From Tubiluchus corallicola (Eukaryota; Animalia; Priapulida): 64,000 nucleotides of DNA. The stretch spans positions 1 to 64,000 of the forward strand of contig JAQGDQ010000388.1 of NCBI GenBank assembly GCA_030141605.1, read 5' to 3'. A program made the position numbers and the translations under genes. The notes beneath the pieces were generated by a model that was not told the DNA's origin, ran no database searches, and worked only from the letters and a program-made list of their open reading frames with translations. Shown one piece after another: positions 31,801-42,562 of this stretch (positions are counted from its first letter, which is position 1; the number at the start of each line of letters is the position of its first letter).

Positions 31801-31943
31801 ACTTACCACCTCCCACTACAGTACCGCCTACTGAAGAACCAACATGTCCACCACAGCCAACAGATGGCAGCACCCAAGTTCGAGTAACATCTCTCTGTTT
31901 CTTACTGGTATTGCTAACCGCTGATTTACTTTTTTTGTCATGA
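25707..31943 (+). CDS. Secreted, probably GPI-anchored serine beta-lactamase/peptidase S12 family protein (about 606 aa; 6 exons)
   Basis: join(25707-25823,27037-27233,28339-28521,29390-29656,30614-30873,31147-31943) = 1821 nt in frame. Signal peptide MAKFFSLLKILALFLLLVPSFS; SxxK (FCIASVTK); TLEDLLAHRMG; YxN (FHYNN); AGGGLCATMSDM; HNG third motif; DUF3471-like LESYIGNYGH; P/T-rich stalk and hydrophobic C-terminus. Confidence 0.9.
25919..26405. repeat. ~41-43 bp AT-rich minisatellite (about 12 copies) in intron 1
   Basis: Unit approx. TGCTGTATAATTATGATTTTTGTTTTTTGATTTTTCAATTATTA; explains spurious ORFs 25980 and 26024. Confidence 0.93.
26633..26735. repeat. ~52 bp tandem duplication
   Basis: CAGGAACACAGCAGTATG.TTAAA.AATGTCGAGTACATTAGTAAGAGGAT twice. 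Confidence 0.85.
27037..27233 (+). CDS. Beta-lactamase-family gene exon 2 (SxxK)
   Basis: tcacag|CTC; ...HRFCIASVTKSFTSTLL...; donor gtaagc. Confidence 0.92.
28339..28521 (+). CDS. Beta-lactamase-family gene exon 3
   Basis: tgttag|G; QYKFDTPVQEILGSDFRF...TLEDLLAHRMG; donor gtgagt; not shown in the ORF track. Confidence 0.9.
29390..29656 (+). CDS. Beta-lactamase-family gene exon 4 (YxN)
   Basis: ttgcag|T; RTDFHYNNYYYMLAG...LLEPLKM; donor gtaagt. Confidence 0.92.
30614..30873 (+). CDS. Beta-lactamase-family gene exon 5
   Basis: ttctag|A; AGGGLCATMSDMSTWMRFH...GYALGFLTGTYR; donor gtaaag. Confidence 0.9.
31147..31943 (+). CDS. Beta-lactamase-family gene exon 6 (HNG, C-terminal domain, GPI-like signal)
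   Basis: ttgtag|GC; YRVRTHNGGLFGY...DGSTQVRVTSLCFLLVLLTADLLFLS stop; AATAAA at 32166. Confidence 0.92.
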
Positions 31944-33337
31944 TGCCGACTGGATTAAGAAGGGGTTTTTAGTATTGCGCAGCGTTATAGTTTGGCCTTT
32001 TTGTTGCCTTTCATGTTCAGTGATTCAATGGTACAAAGAGACGTACAAACGCGTGAAAGTATTTACGTAGGTCGATTTTTGTTTGTTTGTTTGAGCAACA
32101 TTATTACTGTACATGTACGCATTAGGCTTTAGCAATGCTATTAGAATTACAAATGCTGACCTAATAATAAATGTAATCTAATCTAACAAATATTATCTAA
32201 ATTTAGTCTGGCATAGTCGTTATTTTGATATAAAAAAGCAACATCTAACTTTATCTAGGAATAAGAATAAACATGGAAGAATGGATATCAAGGTCATGAA
32301 CAAATTTCTGTAAACTTCGCGTTTTTACTTAGTTCCGCATACAAGGCAAAATGGAGGCCTCAAAATGCTTGCTTCAGCACTCACTTCATTTGAAGAAAGG
32401 ATTAGCTTGCCATGATCAAAATCACTGAACCTTGTATGTCATAAAGGATATGAACTTTGCATCTGTAATAATTATTTATGGTTCAGTACTCTATTAAGTT
32501 GCTTTTGAGTTAGTAGCTATGCATGCAACATGCATATTCTTCTTAATCTCAAACCATAATTAGACTCTGGTATAGTGAGCAGCTTTACAACACTACAGAA
32601 TACCAATAGACGTTATTTGTAACGAAAAAACTACCTGTTTGGTGGTATCAAATGCAGACTTCCCATTTCTTGGGCACGTCCTAAGAATTCACCTTGATAA
32701 TTTTTCCAATGACACTACAGAATGCCATTTGAAAACTACAATGAAAGCTAAATCTTTTAAGAACATCACTTTGCAGGAAACATTGAGATTACGTACATCG
32801 CAGAGAAAGTGAGTGTCATCCCATTTCAAAATAGAATTGGAACCACAGACCTTGAGAAAATTTAAGGCCAAGCACTTCTGGTATGAGCTTTCCATTTCTT
32901 ACTGATGTTAAATGGCTGCTGCTGTGCTTCTTTTATCGTGATAAGGACTGAATTAAAAACAAAACACTTTCTGTCACTACATGCAGTGTTACAATATTGT
33001 TCTGTTACAATAGTGTTACAGTTTTTCTTTCATCTTTCTTAAGGTTAATAAAATTTACAACACCGCATAAAACTATCATCTAAATTGCGAACTGAATGTA
33101 GTCCAGCTGTTATTTCTCAAAATGTCGTCAGAATCAAAAGACGGAGATTACCAATCAGAAACCTATAGAACTCTGTCAATTGCTGATTTTCTGGTGATGA
33201 CTTCTAGCACTAAAAAACTGGAAAAAATGACTAGAATTAGCATCCGTAAGCTTTCGTGACCTGAGTGGCTAAAAAGCAGAAACACAAACGAAACTATGAG
33301 AAAAAACATAAAAACTCGTTTACACTTACGTATATTG

Positions 33338-33647
33338 TTAAATTATAAGATACATAAAATATGAAGCAGCTAGCCACGTCACCAGGGGCTCAACAACAAT
33401 AGCACTGCTAAAGTACATCTTATGGTAATTATGTATGATTTCAGCTAATTCTGGGCAGAACGTCTCGCATTCATCTTCGTTGCGTAGTCGCAGCGGTAGC
33501 TCGATTTGAATTCCATCCACGTGACCGCCATACAGCGAGCCATACATCCGGGTACTGTAGATATTCCCCGCAAAGTATCCGCCATCGCCAGGTGTAGGAT
33601 TCGACGGAGACGGGACCACTATGTGTCCATTTTCTTCAAACAGCCAC
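33338..33647 (-). CDS. FGase-like gene exon 5 (terminal)
   Basis: ttttag|G; VPSPSNPTPGDGGYFAG...VDGIQIELP...FSSAIVVEPLVTWLAASYFMYLII stop. Confidence 0.88.
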
Positions 33648-36600
33648 CTAAAAGAATTTAGCTAATTTGAAAAACAAATACAAAAATGGAAACTAACTGA
33701 ATAATCAACTGATGATGACCAAGATTAGCGAAAGTTGTAAATAAACTGTATCTCCTATGACAATCCAAAATACATCTCCTACACACGCTAAAAGCACCAA
33801 ACACCTCGTAAGTCTAATTTTAAAACTTTCACAAACAGAAAAGTCTGTCCATACGTTACGATGGCTTAGAAGACATTGCTACATTTACCAATAATATGGA
33901 ACACTTAGGAATACATAATAGTTGTAGATAGGTGTATATTGCTTTGCAGCTGGAATACTTTTGTGCTTACAATAAATATTTAGGAAGTGGCAATGAAATC
34001 CACAAGAAGCCATTTACTATAAATTGGCCCTGGTAATAATACAGAGGATACTGTAGTTAATAATACACTAACTACACTAAATCTGAATCACTGACATTGT
34101 CAAAAGTATGCCTGAAGACTACTGAATCGGTGGGATTTTTTTTTTATTTTTAACAATTTTTGAAAAAATGTAAATGTTCACAGGCTCTTACCTTCAACTA
34201 TCTTGTAGGTTTACCTGTGTGGTTAGCATTGCACTTGCAGCTTATGGACAAAACGCTTGTAACGCTTGGACAAACGCCAGATTTTCATGGCTATTGCAGT
34301 TAGCCTGTATTTATATAAATGCAAGTGTGGCAACTGAAATGCTAACTATATTGGTAAAACTACAAGATACCTGAAAGCAAAAGACATTGAACACTTGGGA
34401 ATTTCTTCAAGAATTGGCAAAAGATTAAAAATCAGATTCAGCAGTTTTTAATTACGTTATTGATAATTATCATAATGCCATTTCAACCTAGATTCATTCA
34501 CCTAGAGAAAGCAGATGAAAAATTTGGTTTTTAAATTACCATACTATATACATATTTCTATGTGTGCGTGCGAGTGTGCGTTGTGCTCGCGCGTGCGTGT
34601 GTGGTTTTAATAAAATTTCTCTTTTATAAAATTCTGCAGTCTTCTCCGTAATTATTTCTGAATGATAGGCCAGGCGAATGGCAAACCTTTTGAGTGATGA
34701 AAACATAGCTTTAAGTTTAGACCTATATAGGCTATTAAGGCAATAACTGTACACAATCACTTTCATTAACGACTGAATGAATGAAGAAAGAGCGAATCTA
34801 TTTAATCACAAATATGGTTGGCCTTTTGTATAAGATAGTTGTTTAGCAAATTATCTTATTTTAACTTATTATTGTGATTGCAACAACAAACTTAATATAA
34901 GAATTCACGTTATATCATATATCCAAAAAGGGTTTTTAAAGGTTGTTGCTGCTGTGTAAAAAACCTCTTGTTGTGTTACGTACAACAAATGAGTAAGTAG
35001 GTTAGAATTAACTATTCAATTTAGTAATGTTTAATTTACCCCATGCTTCCCTTTCCACTAAGAAGCCAATCAAAGTCCTCCTTTTGTGTCCTCTTAAGGA
35101 GTTCTGCTAAGTTTCGTATGGAACTGTCGGCATGAGTGTAGTCTCCTGAATTTAGCATCTCTTTGACTATGACATAACCTAATTCTATCCATTCCTCTGG
35201 ATGAGAAGAAACTCCGTGGAGATCAATGTACAGCGCATGGTCAGTCATCGCTGCTCTAGTCTGAAAAATGTGTATATGAATCATTATTCAACTTTGGGGA
35301 GGGCAGTTCACGTTTTCGCTGTGTACAGGGGCGTATCAAGACGTATCGACGCCCTAGGCTGATAGCCTGTCCCACCCGTCTCTATTGTGAATTTAAGGTT
35401 GTTTATGTAATGAGCTGATTAAACAATTACTGTGGGGTATAAAGGTGTAACAAATAATTGTGATGTATTAGAACCGCACTTAACCTAGTTTCTAGGTGGT
35501 AATTATTAATTACATGTACTTGCTTGTTGTGCAATACATTGCACTTGTTCGTTATGTGGCACTTATATAAAGCTGCGCTCAGTAACTGCCTGTGGTGTGA
35601 TATAAATTGTACCTTTTACATAAATATGAAGGCATACACATTTTCCGAGGAGAATAAGAATTGTTTCTAAAATGTGACGCCCTTCATACTTTGGCGCCCT
35701 AGGCTATAGCTTAGTTAGCCTATTGATTAATACGCCCCTGGCTGTGTATGGTGGAGTGATCCAACCATGAGCCACGATGTAGTCTCGGCTAATCGGCAGA
35801 TATTTAAACTGCAAGACCGCAGGTTCAAGTCCCGATTGACTGGCGATTTTTACCGCCTTTTTCTCCTCAACTTAGTCACTTGCTGCTGTAATACAGTGAC
35901 TAGTAAATATCGAGAAGTGCTGTTGAAAATACTTATAGTACATGAATAACATAAGCTTTCCATTTAGTCATTTACGAATGATTTATAAGCAAGCAAAGCA
36001 GTACACTCCTGTAAGTGTACCAAGCCATCTCTGTCGGTTCAATCGGTTCACATATTAACGAATTAAGTCTATCCTTAATTATTAGCTAAATTTGATCCTG
36101 CTACACATTATTAATGTAAACAGTAGATGCTACAACTAAGTACCAGATCGAGCGCACGGTGTGCCAACCATCTAAACAAGTTCGAAACGAACAACTAGCC
36201 GAGTATTCATCTGAGTTCATCTTGAATTCGCAAGGATTATCACCATGAAGTTCCACACAGATAAACTAGGAACGAATTCCACATCGTTTGACGGAGGCGA
36301 TTCATTGTGAAATATTGTAGTCTTAGGTTTTTCCGAAAATATTATTGTACCAGCCATCTTGAACTCAAAAATCCGATTCCGTCAATCGATGTGGAATTTT
36401 TTCAAGTATATCCATGTGAAACTTCTTGGTGATAATCCCTGCGAATTCAAGCTATCCTTGCGATAAGCTTTTTTCAAATGTCACCCCAAAACAACAACAA
36501 CAACAACAGCAACTCAAGGTAAGTAGCGATTTGCGTCGATTCAGTAGTTCAGTCGACCAAAAAGTATTAGTAGTATGTTGCTTGTGTATTACGCTAATAT

Positions 36601-38140
36601 TAGTCAACGGAATACGATTAATTGGCTTACAGCAAATCGTATCACTTGCGTGATCCTGTAGTAGGAACACCATTGAGCCATATCGTCAGTAGTGTGGTTC
36701 TTTAGCTTGTGTAGCCTATTCTGCCATTAGCTACATTGGATTGCATGTAGTAGTAAACTGTGAACCTTGTGGATAATTCTGCATTCGTTTTTGGTAACAT
36801 TGTTCTGTAGCTGGAGAATCATTCTGTCTTCAGCTATTGCTAAGACGGTTTTGTAGCTTCTAACATTAGCTACTAGTGGTATGGTTATGTAGCTGACAGA
36901 CCGTTCTGTCTTTAGCTTTTAGTATTAAAATACTGTACTTGTAGCTGGTAGACGATTCTGTCCTTAGTTATTACTGGTATAGTCTTGTAGCTGGTAGAGC
37001 ATTGTGACACCAGCTACCATTCATTCTGCCTCTGCAGTTTATAAACGTTTTTAATATTATTCATTGATAGTATAATAAACCTTTTCACAGTTCCAGCGAT
37101 TGATAATGATCGTACAAAGGTCAAATGTTAAGTGTACCAGACAACGCATTCGTGCTAGTAAATGACTCTATACACAGACTAATGCATAATTATGAAAATT
37201 CCATGTAAAACAACTGAAGTTTGCTGAGCTAATGCGACAGACGGTTTTGCTTTACCCACATGTCACGTGACGGTTGTAGTTAAGACGCGCTGCTGTGATA
37301 CACCTAACCTTTGATCTACAGCAAATGCGCGTGCGCACAACGAAGCTGCGAAAAGGCTTAGTAGTTTGTGGTTCATTGATAACCTGATAATGAATCAATA
37401 ACGGATAACGAACAACCTGATTGATAAATCCGTGATACTCCTCCCACGCTAATTCCGCTGTCGGGTCGCCAAAAGCTGCCACTTGCTTATCCCTGTTAAT
37501 GTCACATTTTTGTCTGTGCAGATGATTAATGACTACATGTGGCTCCATCTGCCAATTATCTTTCAAAGCTTCTAACACAGCTGTTGCAGTCTCGATTGTA
37601 TAGACATCCTAAAAGCAAGACAGCAAAATTATTTTAAAATACAGACATTTTCTCGATCTTCTCTCTGTGTGGTCAAAAAGTTACTAACCTGTAAACTTGT
37701 AATTGGTTTGTTTATAATTACCACTACTGATCAATACTCTAACTAATTACAGTGTGTATAGCATCCTAAATAATTATAGCGTCCCTTTGTTTAATTATAG
37801 GCCTACAGAACTTCAAATAGCTTTTTCTCCTCTGTTGAATTAAGAACTAAAGATGTAATCATTATCTATGATTAAACTGAGAAATTCCTCTAACAAAAGT
37901 AGTTTCTAATTGGAAACGATCGAGTCGTAGGTAGAAAAGTCTGCGAATTATTTGAACTCACGATCTGATTTGATTAAATGGTTTAAGTCTTTATTGCAAA
38001 CTTCAGGTTGAAACGTATAAAAATACAGTCAGGACAAAAATTACATACAACAGTTAGAAATATTTACAATTATGACTTAGTTATAAACACATAAAGTGTG
38101 TCTCTCTCTTCCTCTTCTTCTCTCTCTCCCTCCCTCCACC

Positions 38141-38198
<58 letters not shown>

Positions 38199-41100
38199 AA
38201 TGCTCATCCAGCAAAGACCTTTTTCCGAGAATGAGCTGATAATTGTTCGGCTAATAATTACCTTATTTCGGATGTTAACCAACTAAACTCAACAACTTTA
38301 CTTATGTAAGTGCAGCTCACAACGCATGTAAGTGGTTGGACCACATTATATGCACCGAAGCAGCAAACAAGTTGATTAATATGAATAATGTAAATTATGA
38401 TCTGACTGTACGTGATCACATGCCATTAATTGCAGTTTTCGATGTAGACAGCTTGGTTTGTGGCTAGTCAGACACTGTAAATACCAATTGTGCATTAGGC
38501 CTAAACGCTTCAAACCAAAATTACGTTGGAAAACATGCCCCGGATTGGAGTAATGCAACCAATGTTCAATTGAGTAATTATTATTCTATGACCCATGCGG
38601 CTTTACTTGATGTACTAGTACCATACTCTGCAGTCCTATGCTCTGATATTCATTGTAGCAGTGATGCACACAGGCAAGAAATAACCAGTTTTCATGATGC
38701 GATAATTAACACTCTCAGTACAGCAGCTTCACAAGCTTTTCCCATTAATGAAAGAAAGAGAAACTCTTGATACTCTGTACTAGGGTGGAATGACTTTGTT
38801 GCCGAAAAACACAGTTATTCACGACAATGCTTTGTCAATTGGCGTATGCTAGGTAAACCTCGCGGCGGTCCTATTGCAGAAGAAATGCGTCGAGCGCGTG
38901 CTCAATTTAAATATGCCCTACGCGATTGTAAAAAAACATCAGCAAAGTATTATATCAGACAAAATTGCCTGCCGTCTTATGCATTGCAACTCCTACCAGT
39001 TTTGGAAAACAATAAAGAAAGAAACTAATTCTAAACTTCCTCTTCCCTCTAGCGTTAATAATGTAACAGGGGAAACAACATTTGTAATATGTGGACGGAG
39101 CACCATCGCGTTCTTTTTATTTCGGTTGATAATGGAAATTTGGAGGCGCAACTGCACCGGCCCTTGCAAAAGATATGCATATTATACCCAAGTTTACTGT
39201 TAGAGAAGTGCAAGATGCAATCGGCACACTAACTTTGCATAATGAGAAATTTTACGTTTAGTAACATCAAACTAGATAATAATGTTTTACGTACCTGTGG
39301 TAATGAAAAATATTTGGGACATATTATTTCAAATGATAACCGAGATGACATTGACATTGTTAATCAAAGTTCTTTATACTACTGTCGTACAAACCAACTT
39401 ATTAGAAAATTCAGCTATTGTTCTGTTGATATTAAAAGATATCTATTTAATACTTACTATAACACATTCTATTGCATGTCTACTTGGAGACATTTTAATA
39501 ATGGTAATATCTTAAAACTCAAAATTGCGCACAATGTGTCAAAAAGATTATTTTTTGGATATGCATATGATTACAGTGCTCGTGAGATGAGTGTATTTTG
39601 ATGTATTACGTAGAAAATCTGTCTTAAGTTTAACGAAAAGATTTGATACTAGTGATAATTTAATGTTGCAGAAAATTTTAGTAAGCGATGCAAAATTTAC
39701 GTCGCACATAAGACAGCAATGGTGGAGACTATTATCGTAATTTTCATGTTTATCTAAGTTTGTGTGTGATTTGTTTTTATTGTTTCTTTTTGTTTGTTTT
39801 TTTTTTGATCTTGTATGTTGTATATATGTAAAGTATAATATGAACTTACGTTTGAAATAAAGAATTAAATCAATAAAAATTCTCTCTCTCTTTCTCTCTC
39901 TCTCTCCCTCTCTCTCTTTCTTTGTCTCTACTCAAACAGAACACAGGCATAACTACTATTAAAAATTCAAAAATTTCCGACGACAACAGTGGCACGACAG
40001 CGACGTTGACAACACAACAATGACTACGTCAACAACAACAAGTACAACAACAACTTTTACAACTCTGATTTTTTTCGTGAGTACTCAAGTCAAAAACAAA
40101 TATAAATTCTGTGTAGAAATAAAACTATTTCTTCAACTTACAGCTCCGACAGAGACTCCACATTTGTCTTTATCTACTGTTCCACAATTGTGCTCGTAAA
40201 CGCATTCACCATCAATAAAACATCCGCCTTCTCGATTAGGTATGTTTGGTGGTTTCTCTTTTCCTCCATGGGGAACGCTTACAAAAGTAACAAACAATGT
40301 TAGCTTCACTCATCATGAAGTTTGGAGATATTTCTTGAATGACATTAATCTTATACAATGTCGAACGTTTGTGCATTATTGATCACTTGTGTGGGCTTAT
40401 ACTTTACAGTCGCTCAAACGCAATTTGTGTCAAAAATTCTTACATGACACCAAAGCTGGCATTTGAAGTCAAGCAGCGTTTTTACTGACTTTCTTCCTAT
40501 CAGTATATAGACTTACCATATGCAAATAAATGTCAGATTTAGCAAGTTGATATAATTTGTTTATTTATTTTTTAATTTTCATTTAATATGTGAAGTTTGC
40601 CCCATATGACTTTACCATTGATATAATGGGTTTCATTTTTTATGTGATTCATAATATTATGTAAGTGAAAAATACAATATACTACATAATTATTATAATA
40701 TTTGATCAGGTGGTCACCATTGCATACCATGAATTCCTAGAACTGAGTGGGGTAGCTCATTCGATAACGCACGCTTTTCGCCACCCCTTTTCATTTTATT
40801 GGCTATGGCAATAGTAATACTAGTAATTTTACCAATACCAATGCTCATGGCAAAGTATACGTGTAATACGCAACGTTGGAAACGACACAATATTAGACTA
40901 CAGATTTTGCCATAGTATAACACAAGATTTTAAGAGAATCTAACGCATAGTATTTTAAGAGAAATGAAAGTTAGCTTTGAGCGCGAACCTAAACGTTGGC
41001 TCCAGTAGATAGACGTTAAATTAAATAGACAAATGATAGAAGTTTAATTAAAAATTGTTGTATGTCGTGGTTCTACCGAAGAAGCAGCTTTGCAGTATTG

Positions 41101-41326
41101 TTTGCATTGAGTAAGAAACTTAATGCTTATGCATTACAACTGCAACATTGCTCACGTTGTCATTACAACATACTGCCCTCATGAAAAAACAAATTGAGAA
41201 CAATATTTAAACAAGCTAATAACTTCTTAATTGTATAGTAGCCATGGAGAATGGAAACTTTTTTCTAAAAATAATAGACCTTTACTTACTTGCTTGCTCG
41301 CTTACTTGCTTGTTTACTTACTTACC

Positions 41327-41370
<44 letters not shown>

Positions 41371-41371
41371 G

Positions 41372-41424
<53 letters not shown>

Positions 41425-42562
41425 TTTACTTACTTACTTACTTACCTGCTCGTCATGTACACAAGAATTGCAAACTTGCTACATAGGAACATGTACTAAT
41501 GCGTATAAATTGTCCTCAAATACCAGTAAAATCCACACTAAGGTTCGTTTATAATCAGTATACAAATCAGTAACAACAGTACACAAACATGTTTAATATT
41601 ATCCTATATCGATTCGATTTTTTACTTTTTCAAGAACGGAGGTGAACGACTTAAAAAGGACAAAAATTCGGATTTCCGTAATTAAAAGCTGCAGCTGCTG
41701 GATTTGTGTTAGGTAAGTAAACAAACACTAGATAGATAGAAAATTCTACCTATAGGTGATTGAAAACAAAACAGAAAATTCCATTAATTAGCGTTGGACG
41801 TACGAAAAATTTATTAACTCGCCATTAAACCTTAGTGTGATTATTTATTTACAGTGCTGCGGAATTATTAGGAAATCAGTAACGCATTATATAGTTGCAC
41901 TTTAGATACATTTCAAATTAAATTTCAACACATAAACGACAACAAAATGGTCTCACAAGCTACTTCAAATTATAAATTTAATCATAAGCACACCACGTGA
42001 AACACTATAACGTGATGAAATTAACTGGTTAATTTATTTTAGCATTAAGGTCTATATTTTAACAGAAAAATGGACCACATTTTTTGTGGTGCCTCTTGAT
42101 AAAAGTGGTCGCCGATAAGAGGTCACACTTCTCTTTTATCTTAAACCAAACGCATGGTTGCACATGCATGAAGATACTGTTTCAGCGTACGATCTAAATA
42201 TACTAAGGCCCCAATGAAACCAGCCAGTTTAGAGCGGATTTTCCGACACCTCGGCTCTCACTCTTTCCTGGACAGGCACACATATGTACTTTCTTCACAC
42301 TGATTGGGCAACTTGAGCGTCTAAAAAACTCGGTTATATATTGTACCACTAATTTCCGAATCCGCATCATGAAAAGACAGGAATGTTTATCATTCTATTA
42401 TCCACCGTATTAACAAGTTTAAACTAACCTGATAATCAAATTCGAATGTCCGTCAATGTACTCGATGAATCCCGTTTCACTCAAAACACTTTTGCCAAGC
42501 ACGTGAGACGTTGCAGAAAGCATAAACAACAAATAATTTAAAACAACAGCCTTCATTTTCAT
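33338..42562 (-). CDS. Secreted, probably GPI-anchored N-formylglutamate amidohydrolase (FGase)-like zinc hydrolase (about 330 aa; 5 exons)
   Basis: complement join(42562-42429,40277-40142,37608-37417,35260-35040,33647-33338) = 993 nt in frame. Signal peptide MKMKAVVLNYLLFMLSATSHVLG; motifs IISVPHGG, DVYT, KCDINR, AWEEYHGFI, YIDLHG, IELGY, GIQIELP; hydrophobic C-terminus. Confidence 0.85.
35040..35260 (-). CDS. FGase-like gene exon 4
   Basis: tttcag|TRAAMTDHALYIDLHG...WIELGY...SSIRNLA...GSMG|gtaaat. Confidence 0.88.
35326..35740. mobile_element. Non-autonomous hAT-type MITE (415 bp)
   Basis: TIR CAGGGGCGTAT...ATACGCCCCTG; perfect 8-bp TSD GCTGTGTA (35318-35325 and 35741-35748); subterminal GCCCTAGGCT repeats. 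Confidence 0.92.
35769..35850 (+). mobile_element. Degenerate tRNA-derived SINE head
   Basis: B-box-like GGTTCAAGTCCC at 35822 at tRNA-like spacing from a weak A box; no convincing cloverleaf. Confidence 0.45.
36190..36566. mobile_element. Non-autonomous element with internal ~75 bp inverted repeat and (CAA)n tract
   Basis: CTTGAATTCGCAAGGATTATCACCATGAAGTT...GAATTCCACATCGTTTGACGGA (36221-36295) pairs with TCCGTCAATCGATGTGGAATT...AACTTCTTGGTGATAATCCCTGCGAATTCAAG (36378-36451); element boundaries approximate. Confidence 0.65.
36800..37030. repeat. Degenerate ~45 bp tandem repeat
   Basis: Recurrent TGTAGCTGGTAGA..ATTCTGTC..TAG units. Confidence 0.65.
37417..37608 (-). CDS. FGase-like gene exon 3
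   Basis: ttttag|DVYTIE...PHVVINHLHRQKCDINR...AWEEYHGFINQ|gttgtt. Confidence 0.87.
38101..38193. repeat. (CT)n microsatellite
   Basis: Directly visible; another CT tract at 39881-39920. Confidence 0.93.
38560..39880 (+). mobile_element. Truncated, internally deleted LINE (CR1/L2-group ORF2 remnant), antisense in FGase-like intron 2
   Basis: Frameshifted peptides GWNDFV...WRMLGKPRGG...MRRARAQFKYALRDCK, FWKTIKK, FTVREVQDAI, then IKLDNNVL...EKYLGHII...RKFSYCSVDIKRYLF; 3' UTR ends AATAAA...AATAAAA. Confidence 0.85.
40142..40277 (-). CDS. FGase-like gene exon 2
   Basis: SVPHGGKEKPPNIPNREGGCFIDGECVYEHNCGTVDKDKCGVSVGA; acceptor tgtaag, donor gtaagt; not shown in the ORF track. Confidence 0.87.
41281..41446. 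repeat. (TTAC)n microsatellite
   Basis: Directly visible; explains TYLL-repeat ORFs. Confidence 0.95.
42429..42562 (-). CDS. FGase-like gene exon 1
   Basis: MKMKAVV...GFIEYIDGHSNLII; donor AG|gttagt. A second Met at 42556 is an alternative start. Confidence 0.8.

Noticed and set aside
35769-35850. Functional tRNA gene
   Set aside because: Only a B box is clear; acceptor and anticodon stems cannot be built.
25707-42562. Bacterial contamination as source of the two hydrolase genes
   Set aside because: Both have multiple GT-AG introns containing host-type repeats and are contiguous with tubulin, p62 and MAN1.
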